DNA from: Camelus dromedarius
Lineage: Eukaryota
Reading direction: 5' to 3'
Length of the DNA: 64,000 nucleotides
NCBI RefSeq assembly: GCF_036321535.1
Contig: NC_087436.1
Span: forward strand, 12,958,001 to 13,022,000
Position numbers and translations under genes: made by a program. The notes beneath the pieces are model-generated. The model was not told the DNA's origin and did not search any database. It saw only the letters and a list, made by a program, of their open reading frames with translations. Shown piece by piece: positions 24,431 through 38,374 of this stretch (the stretch's first letter is position 1; each line of letters opens with the position of its first letter).

Positions 24431-27400
24431 ATGAGGAACGGTGGTGACAGCCCTCCTATTTGCTGGGGCGTGTTCATCCCGCAGTGCCTGTCTGCTCACC
24501 GAGACTGGTCCACTAGGCACTACCACTATGCCTGGTTCCATGCCAGGGAACAGGACAGCGGTCTGCCTAAGCCAGATTCAGGACATTAAACAGTCACCCC
24601 TTGCTGTTGCACGCAAAATAAGTGATCCAATTTGTATACCATCGTCAGGTTATGCTCTACAATTGTTTGAAGATTTCAATAAGATTTTCCTGAATGTTTA
24701 GAGTCACAATCAAATGTCCTGGAGAACCTCATACTTTAATTACATTCATTTTTTTTTCTTTTCAAACTTACCCCCTGTTTGGGGTTCTCTAAATGTATCA
24801 GTAGCCTTGTCTTTTTACCCGGTTTTCTCTTTTCCATTCCCTTTGACTCCAACGTCCACATATTGACCGAAGTTTGACAGATCCGTAATTTTTAATGCTT
24901 GGAATTGGCCCTCTCATTTTATTTTCACCCTTGTTGTTTTTTGCATGACTTATTTGATACCTGACTGGATTTCCTATCTCCAGTCTTCCAATCTGCCTCT
25001 CCTTCTCGGGACCAAATTAAGTTCCTCTGAAGTCCAGCCTCGGCCATACTCTCCTTCTCCATATTCTGCATGTCATCCTGAGTTTGAGCTCAGAGCAGCA
25101 CGTGATATGACCCCAGACCACAGTCCCAACATAGTTCCTCACTCCCCACCTTCATATGCACTTCCCTTAGCCAAGCTGTGCATGAATATTCCATCTGTTC
25201 CCTGCTTACAATGCGTAGGACAATGGATTGGCTTCCACTATATATTTTATCACAAAAATCCTACGTGACAAGGTTTTTATTCTTTGCATTTTAACAATGA
25301 AGAGAAAGCAAGTTGATGCTGGGGGGGGGGCCTTTCCCGAGATCACTCTGTAGTAATTGACGGAGCTGAGCTTCAAGCCCAGTCTTTCCAACTCCGGGGT
25401 CCTTGTTCTTTGCAGACGGCTCTCCACCTCTTTGCATCTGCCTTTGCAATTCTCTGTGTGGAATCCCCTGTCCCTTTATTTCTATGTGACTGAAATTTCT
25501 CCATCTCTTGAGACAACCCAGGTGCCACCTTCTCAGTGGAACAGAGTTGAATCACTGTAGCTTGGAGTAACCTGTGACTTCCTGTGGCATTTTACCTCTT
25601 TTATGCATCAACACTTTGCCTTGTGCGTATCACATACAGGTCATGTGAGCTGTCGCAGGTGACTTCCTGCTTCTCCCCTTATACTGTCAAGTATTAGCAC
25701 AGACGGACAGAAAATGCACAAAATGCACACAAAATGCACAAAGCAGTGAACTTCAAAGATCTACGTTATTATCACTGTCCCCAAGTAAGGACACCTGTTC
25801 TCTGTTAGCCATTCACAGCTGCTTTTGCCGTCTATCACTAAGAAGTAACTAAAGGTGAAGTGTAGATGTAGGTAAGATGAAACAGACTTTTCTCTCACTT
25901 GTACGAGGACTTGGGTGGCATCAGGTTAGACAGGTGGGGGCTTGTGTTGGGGCAGGGTCGGTGGACAGGGCTCAGGCCTCAGGAAGGGTCTGGCATGTCA
26001 TTTTGATCTAGGCAGGTGACACCTGAATCCTGAGGGAAAACAGAGACCGAGAGGTCAACCAAGGAAGGAAACTGGAAAGCAAGGCAGGGTCAGGGATCCA
26101 AGAAAGGGCCAAGGATCCCCCTGCCCCTGCCTGGGCCCCAGGGTGTTCCAACCTGGGAGCGCTGGTGGGGTATCCGGGACAGAACGTGGCAGTAGTAGAG
26201 TGGGGGGTTATATTGAACACCTTCTTATTTTTGCCTGGGGCCAGAACAGCTCCCAGAGTGTGGGCGAGCTCAGGGGAGAAGCAATTAGACACACTTGGCT
26301 GGGGTGAGGGGCCTGTGGTGTGTGGACTGAGAAGCTGATGACAGCATTACTTTTAAAAAGCCCTGTTTAAAAATTGGTTATGGTTCATTTAAGCACTGTG
26401 GCTTTGGGAGTTACCTCCCAGCTCTGTGTTTTCCTTTAGTTAAGTGGAGCCTGATGAAGCAGAAATGCGTTTTCTGTTATATGATGGAGCGATCTGGTGG
26501 AAGAGAAATTCAGCTGCCGCTAAGTGTTAGAATGCGAAGTTCTCCGAATTACCGCGTCAGCCTCAGAGCTCCAATTTTAATGATTAAGAGGACCTGATAA
26601 TTGGTATTTGGACTCTAAGTAGAGGAGGGGTTTTGTATTCCTACTAAAGGGTGTTTTCTTTCCCAGCAATATTGGGAAACACAAGCGATGTCGGTTGATT
26701 AAATTGCTCCCTCCGGAAGAAATGTAGCTTTCCTTTGGCTTAGGGATTTTGAAGAGGAGAGTCCTCCGAAGGCCACCTGAGGGACTGGAGGTACTGGGAC
26801 TGCTATTTCCAAGTCTTTGCATGATGCGGATGTACCACAAAGCTCCTTCTTCCTCTGACGGCGCTAGAGCTCTCGAAAAGTAGGTAGTCCTTTCATTCAG
26901 CTGCGACTTTGGGATGACTTTGGTGGGCAGCCTCTTCCCTGCAGGGGTCGACGCTGTCGGGTCCCCGTTGCCCAGCGCAGTGAGTAATTGCTGTCACTTG
27001 TTACGGCCCCGATTCCCTTGGCCCGGAGAGCTGTTTATCTGCTGCTGTCAAGGTGTGCTTATCAGGAACCTGCTTCCTGCAGTGAGGTCTTCCCTCTTGC
27101 TTAGAAACGTTGTTAATTAAAAAAGAAATAGAGCTGCCAAAAGTGAATGATTGAGTTCCGCGGTTATCTTTGGACTCTCTACCTGTGGGAGATGGTGAGA
27201 TCACTGGGGCGGATGAGGTCCCACTGTAGGGCATCCTCCCGCCTCCATTTGGTACCCGCAGAGGAGAAGGCAGTATTTGCAGATAACACAGTCCTGAATC
27301 TTAAATAGGATGGGCTTTCAGGGAGATTACCTTCTCGGCTTGTGTGAGACATCTGATTGGAGGCAAAGGCTGAGGCACATCGCCCTCACAGATTTACTGA

Positions 27401-28134
27401 GAGCTCATAAGGTTTCTGACAAGTCGCAGCTTTTAAAACCCCCAGTGCCAATGTTCATGTGTTTCTTCACAGCAGGCATTTGGACTGTTTATCCTGAAAT
27501 CCAAGAGATTTCTCTTTTGATTTAGTCATTCAATTTAATGTCCGCATGATTCATTTTCTCAAAAAAAAAATTTCATTTTAGTCGTTTAGATTTGTAGCTC
27601 CCTTTCATCATCATTTTCTTGTTCTTACATGTTTTTTTTTTCCCCTAGTCCCTATAAATTTGCATTTTTTCCACAGCCCGTCTATCCTCATTTTCTTTAG
27701 CGCCTTGTAATCACTGTGTAAAGACAAGTGAGGCTTTTTATTTTCTTTTTCGGATACTGTACACATTTGCTTGGTATGTTCACAAGTTCTTTTCTGGGTT
27801 CAGTTTCATTCTGGTTCACATCCAGCTCAGTAACTTACTTCTTATGCCCTGAGTTATAGTTGTTCAGGATCCAGTTTAGTTCTTTCTTCTTCCTGAATGC
27901 TTTGGTTCTTGAAGCTCCTTGCTTTTACATGCTCGTGCAGTCTCACCGGCTTTTGTTTGTCAAGGAGCCTTTTTATACCTGGATGCCACTTATACATTTA
28001 CTAAGTAATAATTTGACGGGTATTCATAAAGCACCTACTGTGTGCTTCTTCAGGACAATAATTGTCAACACTGAGTTTGAACATACAGCAACGCCATCAA
28101 GCTTGAGGAAGATGACGAACGTGTCACGCTTTCG

Positions 28135-28298
28135 GGCCCTGCTGCTGAAAGTGCGTTCCCGGGAGTGAGTGGTGGCGTGGGCGCCACCAGGGAGCTTGTT
28201 GGGACGTGGACGCTCAGGCCCTGTCCACGATTTCCTGAACCAGAATCTGCGTTGAACCAAGATCCTCAGGAGATCTGCATACGTCTGAAAGTTTTAAG
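28135..28298. mobile_element. MER5A-like hAT relic
   Basis: ccagggagcttgtt...ctcaggccctgtcc...ctgaaccagaatctgc...caagatcctcaggagatctgcatacg...aaagttt. Confidence 0.75.
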
Positions 28299-28637
28299 AA
28301 AAGGTGCAAAGGTGTATAAGAAGGTTAAGGATGCACTGATAGATTTTAATTATTTGCAAATGATTGCTAAAATGGACAGATACAGATTGCAGGATGAGTT
28401 TTATTATCTCAGTGATGGAAAGAAGCTCAACTGGATTCTAAAACCCTCAAAATCATCGGGACATATTGCAGGGGCTCTGAGCCAAGCTCACTTTTTGGAT
28501 TTGCTGGTAGTTCAACAGATCCTTTTTGAAACACTTGAGACAGGACAAAAATGAGACCTAGTTCCTGGTCTCAGGGAAACTACGTTTTAGCAGGAGAGAC
28601 AACTAATTTTTGAAAAGGAAAAATGATTTTGAGGACA

Positions 28638-29030
28638 TCAAAAGGAGTGAAGCTCTGACACACTCTACAACGTGGATGAACCTGGAAAACATTATGCTTC
28701 ATGAAAGAAACCAGTCACACTTTTTATGATTCCATTCATATGGAAAGTCCAGAATAGGGAAAATCTGTAGAGACAAAAAGTAGTGTAGTGTTAGCTTAGG
28801 GCTAGGGTAGGGATATTTGGGGAAGGGGTAGGGCAGCAGCAGATAAAGGGTGGGTTTGGATAGGGAAGTGATAGATAAAGGCTGTGTATTTCTTTCAGAG
28901 ATGATGAAAATGTTCTAACATTGACTGTGTTGATGGTGGTACATTTCTATGAATATACTAAAAAGCATTGAATTCTACACTTCCAATGTGTGAATTTTGT
29001 GATATGTGAATTATATCCATAGAACTGTTA
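28638..29030 (+). mobile_element. L1MB-like 3' end
   Basis: acaacgtggatgaacctggaaaacattatgct...gatgatgaaaatgttcta...tgtgaattatatc. Confidence 0.85.
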
Positions 29031-29034
29031 ACGG

Positions 29035-30490
29035 TGATTTTGGAGAGGTCTGTGGAGAAAGAGTGTTGGATGCTGTGGGTGTGTAGAGTAGGGGCTTCGG
29101 GCTGGACCCAAAAGGCTTCTCTGATGGGTGTCCCTTCAGCTGAGCTTTGACGGATGGGTGGGAATCTCCTGTGCCAGGGCAGGGGGATTCAGAACATTCC
29201 AGGCAGAGGGAGCAGCATTGCCTGGGGCCTTTGGCGAGAAGGCACAGGCGACAGAGGAAGACCTGAAAGGCTAGTGTGATGCATCACAGAGGCCGAGGGG
29301 AGGGGAGTGTCACTAGTGAGGCTGGTGAGGTGATGGGGCCCAGGTCTTCAGGGGCCTGTAGGATGTAACGCTATTTACACTAAAACAATAGAAAAAAATT
29401 TAAGTTGAATTTATTCATTTTATTTTTTTTAATTAATTATTTTTTGTGAAGGGGTTAATTAGGGTTATTTATTTATTATTTTAAGTGGAGATACTAGGGA
29501 TTGAATCCATGACCTCGTGTGTGCTAAGCACGCATTCTACCCCCCAAAGAGCTATACCCCCCCTCCAAAAAAAAAACAATAGAAAATTACTGAAGAACTT
29601 ATGAACAGTGAACAGGTGTAATTTTTTTGTTTTGGTTTTTCTTTAGATCACTCTTGATTTTGGTTGGAGAATGGATTAGATAGGGACCAAGTTTGGACAC
29701 AGAAGACCTTTGTAGATTATTGCATAGTCCAGGGTTTGGACAGATGTGGTCACAGTAGAGAAGGAGAATAGTGGATGTTTCAGGGGATGCTTTGAGTGTA
29801 GAGTCAACACTTACTGATGCAGTGGGGCTGGGCAAAGAAATGGGTGAAGCAAGGATGACCCTTAGGTTTCTGACTTGTACATCTCCATCCAGTTCAGAGT
29901 TGGACATACTGAGTTTGAGGGACTGTGGTCACTCACATGGAGATGCTGAAGAGTTGTATTTAAAGGATGAGGGCTCAAAAGTGTGTTCTGGGCAGATGGT
30001 GGAATTGAAGGGTTGTCGGCAGATGGGTGGTAGTTTGAGGTCATGGGCAGAGATGAAATGGTTTAAGCAGAGAAGCATGAGAAGAGATTGAAAGCCAAAC
30101 ATCTGGAGAACTGCAGCACTGAAAAGTTGGATGGAAGAGGATGACTCAGCTTAGGAGACCGAGAGGGCTATTTAGCGAAGTAGGAGGGAAACCAAGAGAG
30201 GGTGGTTTGGTGAAATCAGGAGAAGAGAATGTATCATGAAGTAAAGAGTCGTGAGCTTTGTTGAGTGAGGTTAAGTCAGATGAGGATGGAAATGTTTATT
30301 GGATTTAGCAACATGGAGGCTATTTGTGACTTTAGCAAGAGCGTTTTCAGTGGAGTGATGGGGTGATAAACCAGATTGGAGCAGATTAAGGGGGGAGTAA
30401 GAAGTGAGGAAATAGAAAGAGATAATGTGGAAACTCTTGAATGGTTTAGCTGCAACAGGATGGAGAGAGAAAGGGCTGTGGCTGGAGGGG
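29035..30490 (-). mobile_element. L2 LINE fragments
   Basis: Purine-rich antisense L2 (aggatgacccttaggtttctgactt; ttggatttagcaacatggaggctatttgtgactttagcaagagcgttttcagtggagtgatgggg). Confidence 0.7.
29396..29572 (-). mobile_element. tRNA-derived camelid SINE
   Basis: SINE head and taattagg tail. 14-bp TSD AAAACAATAGAAAA (29382-29395, 29573-29586). Confidence 0.9.
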
Positions 30491-31144
30491 AAAATGGATT
30501 CAAGGCAGCATCTGTGTTTAAACCTGCTTAAGTTCTTTAAATGCTACCTTGAACCCATTTTCCCCTCCAGTCTAGTAAAACTGGGGAATTTTTAGAAGGG
30601 AAAGCAGCAATGCTTTAATGAAGTATTTGGATGCTTAATCAGATGTTTCATATTCTGTAAATATTAACAGGGCTTTTGCTTTGTGCCAGGCGTTATGCTG
30701 GAGCTAGGGTTATAGCACAGACAGTGAGTTTCTGCCCAAGGCTTACTTCCCATGATGCCTCCTGGGTGGCTGAAGCTCCTTGAGACCAGGTTTTCAGCCT
30801 TCTTCACTTTGCTTTTCTAGTGTCTACATAATGCCTGTCATATCAATGATGTCAATAAAAGTTTGCTGAAATGTGTTATTAAACCACTGTCTGTAGGGTG
30901 TGATGTGGGGTGATTGGCCGATAATGGTGGCATGCCTATTATACTTGGTAGTAATTAGCAAGTTACTGGTGGGCACTGATGGGGATTAGGTTTAGTAAGT
31001 ACCCCCCATCCACTAGTGCCAAAAGAATTATCCTCCCTCCAAAGCTACCACTTCCCATCCCACAAGGGACTCCTTTTCGTCCCTCACCTCCCTCTCCATC
31101 TAGTCTCCCCATCCCATCGAATCCACCTCTGTGATCCTCTTCAT

Positions 31145-31600
31145 TCAGTACCCTGGCCATTATTTTAAGCCTTCACTATTTCTTACTGGTGTTACTCTAA
31201 CAACCTCCTAACGCATCTGATTTACCCTTTCCAAGTCATCATTCTCTATTGCTGCCAAAAAGAGTGTTCTGAATGTAACTGGATATGACTCCCAGCTGAA
31301 AGACTTCGGGATACATTTCAGTCTTTCATCACGTCCTCCTTTCCTGTATCTATCCAGCCCCCCTCCCACCTTCCCCTGCACCCACATTCACTCATAACAA
31401 AATACTTGTCCACTTCCACTCTCCTTGCTGGCTTTGTTTTTGTTCTAGTCTAGTTGAAGCATCACCCCACCTCCTCTCCTTGAAGCCTTCCCTCTGCATG
31501 TCCGGACTGAGCTGGGTGCTCCTCTGTGCTCCTGTGACGCCCTGTGCACACTTCCTAATGCATCCTGCCCTTTTTAGTATAATGGCTGTTTCTCAGTTTC
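31145..31600 (+). mobile_element. L2 fragment
   Basis: Pyrimidine-rich L2 3' region (aacaacctcctaac...tgaagccttccct...ctcctctgtgctcct). Confidence 0.5.
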
Positions 31601-33189
31601 CCACACAGTGTAGAATTTGTTTGAGTTCCTCCTACCTTTTGATTGAAGAGTTCAACATTCAAGGAGATGAGAAGCTACTCATGATTATCCAAATCTAGAA
31701 ACTTACTCTTTCCTATGTAAACACAAGACAATTTTTGCACTGATTTCAAATGCTCTGATTTCCCCAGGAATACAACTACCAGGTAAACTGAGGGAAGATA
31801 ATACTTCGTCATCTCGGTTACCAAAATTACCGTTTTGTGAAATACATTACTGATAGCAACAGCGTTGCCTGCTAAAATCACATCACCAATTCAGGAGGCT
31901 TGTATCCGTCTGCATTGTAGCTGCCCTGTGCATGCTGACTCTGCATGTGTGCACATGAATATACACTAAATTAACCCTTATTTTAAAATGTCAAATATGA
32001 AGCATTCCTGTGCAGCATTTGTGCTGGTGCTCTGTGTGTGTGCCTTTATGTGGCCCTTATTATAAAATCTGTACAAAAGCATATTGAACGGTGTCTTACT
32101 TCTCATAATTTCATACTTGCTCATTAAAAATATTTGCAAGTGTCTCCCTCATTATGTGTCCTAGGAAAGTCATCATTATGTATCAAAATAGATGGTGTTT
32201 CATTTTAAACCACTTGCCTTTTTCTCCCTTTATATTATAGCTAGGAGACTATATTGATTTCATAAAGGATAAAAAGGCTGTATATGGCAAACTATTTCTC
32301 ATAGAAAGACAGCATGGATCTAAAAGGGAAGAACACCTGGTATTTAGTCTCCACTTTTTATAGCAAACACATAGGCTCTTACTGTGTTGCACCGACTTTT
32401 CTAAAATAGACACTTTTCATAAAATACTTTTAAAACCCCTTTGATAGATTCTTTCTTGTTTTAGCTTCAGGGTTAGAAAACGGAGGCTCAGCGAATGAAT
32501 GAAAAGCACTCTCCAGCGTGGGGAGAACCAGCAGGGGCTTCAGCCGATGGAAAAGCCATGTCTCATCCTTAGTCAGGAGCTGGTCTGGGCGCCGCGGCAT
32601 CCGGATTTAGTCATCCCTACACCAGGGCCATCTGCCTAATTTTGGGCATGTTCTCAGCCTTGCCTGAGCCTCATTTACTACATATGTAAAATAAAACAGA
32701 TAGTTTTGATTATTTTGATGTTTTTCACCCTTATTCCAATAACTGCCCCTGGAAGAATACAATGAAACCCATTTAAAACTATCCTATTAACTAGGAAGAA
32801 TTTTACTACCAGAAAATTTGGCCGTGTAAGAGGAATCTGACCATGCAAAAGACAAACTCCCAAGTCAGGAACAGTCAGGTGCTTTTCCTATGACCCGTTG
32901 TTCACTCTTTCTGCCATCCACCAGGGTCTGCGGGCAGACAAGTATGGCTGAAACGATTAGGGAGAATAGTGCAAAAGAAGAGATTAAAATTGAGAATGTT
33001 CTTTCTATTAACTTATTTTGTTTTCTCAAAGTTGGGGAACAGATTGTGATTCTGGCTTGGTAGTGGAAGAGCGTTGAAAGTCTGGTTGATTATTAAGGTC
33101 ATTTTTATTATTAAGAGGCTTTTTTTCTGGTCCAGGTTGCCAGAGTCCTGGACTTTTTTTTTTTTTTTTTCTTTCAGGGCATGGTAAAG

Positions 33190-33300
33190 TTTTTAGATTT
33201 AGCAAATTAAAATACAGGATATCTAGTTAAGTTTGAATTTCAGATAAACAACAGTTTATACTTTAAGTATAAGTGCATTCCAAATATTACAGGGCACAAT
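33190..33300. mobile_element. MER53-like hAT relic
   Basis: agatttagcaaattaaaatacaggatatctagttaagtttgaatttcagataaacaac...tataagtgcattccaaatatt. Confidence 0.75.
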
Positions 33301-34681
33301 CTGATTTCTAGAACCAGTTAATGTGAGCAGTCTACCAATGTTTGAGGGTTTTCTTGTCCGTGGTCCAAAAATATCACAAGGTTCCAGCCTTAAAGCAGTT
33401 CACAGGGGCCACAGGTGCTGTGACGGAGCTAAGTCCAGCAACCGTTGATGAGAACCAAGTGCTTTTGGCTTGAAAATAAATAGTTCTCTAGTTTGGCCAA
33501 GAAAGTCTGGGGAGGGTTACTAATCTTGCACATTAACCTGTCAAAAATCTGCACACAGTTAACACATGGGAGTCCACGGTGTAAATGGGGAAGAATGACT
33601 GAGTTCCTTGTCCCACTGATGAGCCACACACTCGGGACTGACTGTTCTGAGGAGGCGATGGTGGTCTTCAGGTGGCTTTAGCCATGGGAACCCCATTCAC
33701 CTGACTTCCCACAGAGGCCACCGCTGCGAGTGCCCCTGTAAATACGGTAATGAACCAGCATCTGGGAGCTGTACCCGGAGGGCAGAAGGGACCAGACGGG
33801 GAGCTGAGGTGAACAGGGAAGGAGCGATGCGTGTTGGTTTTGGCTTTGGAGTGTAAAAACATCTGGGAAATAAAATGAATAAAACTGACTGCAAGTGTGA
33901 ACTGTTGCCAAGATTGTGTAAGAAGGTGCAGCGAGGAACTGAGCGGACATCTACTTCCTTCTTCTTGGCCTCCAGCTTTGAGATTAAAACAAAAACAAAA
34001 ACAAAAACAAAATCAGCAACAACAGAGACATAATAGTGTTACAGCTGGAAACACTGGCCAGATTTATAAACATTTTTCAAGTTTGATTTTTCCCCAGTTC
34101 CCCTGTGTGGTGATAAGCTGGTTGCTCTGGAAGTGGATGGAGCTACCGTGGGATCTGAGAGCACGTGGAGGCACAGAGCATCCAGTCAGCGCCTACGTCT
34201 TGAGATGTCAGAGAAGTCGTCTTCTTGTTCTCATTCTGTGTTATACTCTCTATGATTTTTCTGCTTTTCTTTTACTAATGTTAGAAGCTAAACTTCAGGA
34301 AAATGATGTACAGAGTTAAGCATTTTGTGATTTTATTGAGTTTCAAGAAATGCTGTATTCAGGCTGAGTTAGCACTTTGTTCTAAACCTTGAAAAAATGA
34401 TTAAATAACCGACTTAGTGTTTTGAAATCATCTCTTAAACACAGCAGTATTCCTCTGAATTGGAATATATATAGATATAGATTTTAGTGATTTATTCAAC
34501 AAGTATTCGTTGACTGCCTGCTCTCTGTCTGGCACTGTTCTAGAAGCTGAGAGTAATAATGGTGAACAAGACAATGAGGCTTTATTTTTTTGGGGGGGAG
34601 GAAGTATAAAACTCAGTAAATAAACACATAAATGAATAAGATTACTTCAGCTATTAAGTGCAAAGAGGAAAATAAAGCAAA

Positions 34682-35106
34682 TGTATTTATCAGGCTCCCA
34701 GGAAGAAACAGAATATGTACTTAAGTTATAACGATTTGAGAAAAGTGTAATAAAAGTTCTGTTTACAAAGATATGGGCAGAAATTAATGGAGGACTTTGA
34801 GGCTGGGGACAGAGGCAAACCCTGAAGCGGAGGACCCAATTCCCTGAAGGGTGGAGAGGATCAGGTGGAGACGGATGCTCTGACCTTCAGTGGGGGTCTC
34901 AGCCAGCCCTTGGGTCTCTGCAGGGAGGTACCTGTGGAAGCAAGTTGCCCACCTCATGGGTTCCCCACTGGCCTAACCCACTGCAAATCACACGGCAAGG
35001 GAGCCAGATGATGTCATCCACACAGGTCAGCCTTCCAGGGCACAGAGCACGGGGGAGAGAGGTGGACAGTGTGGACCTCGAGGGGCAGGGCAGACTTCCA
35101 ACACCA
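34682..35106 (-). mobile_element. ERVL solo LTR (LTR33-like)
   Basis: ccccactggcctaaccca...ggcaagggagccagatgatgtcatccacacaggtcagccttccagggcacagagca...gtggacct. Confidence 0.6.
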
Positions 35107-36589
35107 GAGCAAAGCGGATCATTACATGGAACGTGCAGTGGTTGACGATCTCAAATGTTGTATTGATTCTGCCAGAAAGGCACTTACAGTTTATTTGAAG
35201 TGATCAAAAATAAGCGTATGAAAAGATAACTAGCAGCATAAAACTGGTAATAGGTGATAAAGGTGGCATACACCATCACTCTTACATTGGAGAACAAGAA
35301 GGGATTGCTTCTATTTTGGAAGATGAAACATTTCATGGATTGAATGTAATTGCGGCTGAGCTTAAGGAATGGATAGAGTGTTAATAGTGGAGAAAGAAGA
35401 AGGAAACATTCCAGGACTATAAAATGTCATGGGCCAAAGTGCACAGATGGGACCTATTTGGGGAATAATTTGGCTAAAGTGATTGGATGATTCTACCATC
35501 CTTTTAGACTCATAGACTTGTACTTAAAATAAACCTACTCCCTTCTTAACTTCCACTCAGTGCAGAAATCATATTTGTGGGTCCTTGCTAGCTTCCTTTC
35601 TCCCTCTCTCTCTTCCTTTCCCTCGGCTTCCTCTTTCCCCTTCCTCTTCACCTCTGTTGCTTTCAGCAAGCACTTAATGAGCACCTACTGTTTGCACAGC
35701 TACAAGAAGGCACTGCATTGAACAAGACCATGCTCTTACTCAGGGAGTTCAGCTTCAACTTTAACATTCCAAATGGTCTCTCAGTGATTCAACAGGATCA
35801 TCGTAATAGCAGCGAACACTTATTGAGCACTTTGTATACCAGATGCTGTCTTATTCAAGAAGACTTGGTTTGTCTTGCGAAGAATACATTGAAGCTTTCA
35901 GACAAGGAATTACTGAAATGATCTTCACGTTTTGGCCCTACAACGGTGTGTCTGACTGTTCTAAAAGAATCATTCTTTTGTTAAAATGTGAAATTGATTG
36001 ATAACCTACTGCATGTCAAGTGTGCCTGAGATTTTAATTTTGCATAAGTGATGTAAGAAGAAGAGATTTTCATCGACAGACCCTTACAGATTGAGTTTGG
36101 GTCCAAAATGATTTCTTTCCACTCCATAGGAGCATGGCCCCCTCTGCCCCCCTTCTGGGATTCCAGATCTCAATTCAGCAGTAAACCAGGTGGGTGGAGA
36201 CTTCACGCAGTGATGGCAAGGACCTGAGAGAGGCAGCCAGGTTGGGGAGGGAAGCACCGCAAGCTTCGCTCCAGGAGACACTGAGGTCTGTGGGAATAAA
36301 GCGTTGGTTCCTCCCCAGAGGAGGTGAGAGATCTGACTTTGCACTCTGTATTCAGAGAGATGTTTCTTTAGAGGCTTACTGTGGTTTCTCTTCACTTCCA
36401 ATGTTGACAAGACAGAATTCATGTGGAAAAGCAGCTTCATAATGAGCTATGTTGTGCTTTTTAAAAATACTTTTTAGGAACTGAATTTCCCTTATGTCTT
36501 TTTTCTCTTTTAACCTTACGCTTGTTTAAAGAAACAAACTTATGCACCAAAATAGTCATGGCCTATATTGGGAAAGGCCAATATAATTT

Positions 36590-36732
36590 TCCTTCTATTA
36601 TTATTTGTATTTTAGTATTTATTTTTATATTGCTATATTATAGGTTTATTTTATATTATTATAGTAATATGTAATACAATATTATGTAATTTATTTATTA
36701 TTATAAATTATAATTTATAATATAACTTAATT
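36590..36732. repeat. AT-rich low-complexity tract
   Basis: Almost pure A/T (ttattatttgtattttagtatt...ttataatttataatataac). Confidence 0.8.
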
Positions 36733-37629
36733 TTCCCTGCTCAGCATGTATGAATTTTAGATTGGTCTCCTATGACCTATGAAAGTTTTTCCTCAAGAAC
36801 TATTAACCTTCTTGGAGAGAATTTCAGAATTTCAGTATTAGTCTTATTAAATTTGTTCATTAAACATAGCTCAGGCACCATAATCATACTTAAATTGGAG
36901 TAATCTTGGGTAGCAAATGAGGTGATATTATTAATGTGATTTTAAAGACTGTATTTCACATATGAAAGAAGTGTTTTATATTTGTATTTTTACCACAAAA
37001 ATCTTGCAGTCTAGGTATTTGAGAAGTTAATCTTCAGGTGCTATTAGTGTTAACGTTCTCGTCTTTAACCTTGCTTTCCATGGTTAAATCCATATCAACT
37101 CCACACGGAGCGAAAGAGGCTGTTGCGTAGATCCCGGAGGTCCTGCCTGTGACGTGGGTGGGCCGAGGGTGGGAGATGGGCTGTATCTGGGGAGGAGCAG
37201 CGGGCGGGGTCCAGTTTCAGAAACTCTAGCTTTTGGAAGGAAATGGGGAAGGGAGGGGGTCTGGAAGAAGGAGAAAATGCAGATGTAGTAACGGGAATGC
37301 TTGGAGACGGGCTTCTGCCCTGTCCCACCAACAGAAAGTGTTTCCTCTGAGACCACTGCTGTAGAGCTTGCAATAAGCAGACTTTGCAAGCACTGGTACA
37401 GCTGGCTTTCTTCCAGACCCCGGAGAAAAGAAGCATGTACAGAAGACCAAGGGGAAAAGAGACTCCTTTTGTGTCGAGGATCTCACTGACATTGCCAGGG
37501 ACTGTCACTGTCTGTGCTCTTCGCCTCTGATGAAGGCTACCAGGACCTCTTTGCTGGGCTGGACTGTGTGACTGCTCTAAAACGAGCATGTGGATGGGCA
37601 GAGCATTCCCAGGACTTCTTTGTCCTTAG

Positions 37630-37955
37630 ACTTTTATTGAGATGTAGTTGACATCCAGCACCATATAAGTTTAAGGGGTACAGCACACCAGTTTGACTTA
37701 CATACATCACGAAGTGGTTATCAAAAGTTTAGTGAACACCCATCATCTCTTATAGGTACAAAATTAAAGACAGAAAAAATTTTCTTCTTGTGATGAGAAC
37801 TCTTAGGATTTATTCTTGTTACAACTTTCACATATAACTTACAGCAGTGTTAATTATATTTATTATGTTGTACATTACATCCCTAGTGTTTATGTGTCTT
37901 ATTAAAATGGGAAGTTTGTGCTTTTTTACTGCCTTCATCCAATTCTCCACCCACC
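37630..37955 (-). mobile_element. L1MA9-like 3' end
   Basis: ttttattgagatgtagttgaca...ttcttgtgatgagaactcttaggattta...atgttgtacattacatcc. Confidence 0.8.
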
Positions 37956-38215
37956 TTTTTTTTTTTTTTTTTAAAAGACTTTAACTGCTTGTCAGCAAGA
38001 AAGCGAGAAAAGTTGTCTGTGTCTATTCAGTTTGGAATGTCTGCTTGGACGAAGTCTACACGAGAGTCTGTTCTAGTTCACTTTGCACATAACCTCCACT
38101 TCATCACACACCTGTGAAGCCTCTGAGTTTTTGCTCTTGGTGAGGCAGATTGGGGTTGACGTTAAAAAACAAGAGGAAAGCACAGTAGCCTTCTTGCATC
38201 AAATTAACAAGACCA

Positions 38216-38374
38216 AACAACAAGGTCCTACTATGTAGCACATTCAGAACCTTGTAATAGCCTATCTTGAAAAAGAATATGAAAAGGAATATATACATAT
38301 ATGTAACCGAATCACTATGCTGTACACAAGAAACTAACACAGCATTGTAATTCAACTCTACTTCAAAAAAAAAA
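38216..38374 (+). mobile_element. Short L1 3' terminus (artiodactyl type)
   Basis: aacaacaaggtcctactatgtagcaca...gaatcactatgctgtacac plus poly-A. TSD aaattaacaagacca/aaattaacaaagacca (38201-38215, 38375-38390). Confidence 0.88.

Noticed and set aside
28165..28554. 129-aa ORF with protein-like composition
   Set aside because: Starts at GTG inside a MER5A-like relic; no recognisable domain or splice support.
33897..34319. 140-aa ORF with a KQ/Q run
   Set aside because: The run comes from an (AAAAAC)n microsatellite; non-ATG start and no homology recognised.
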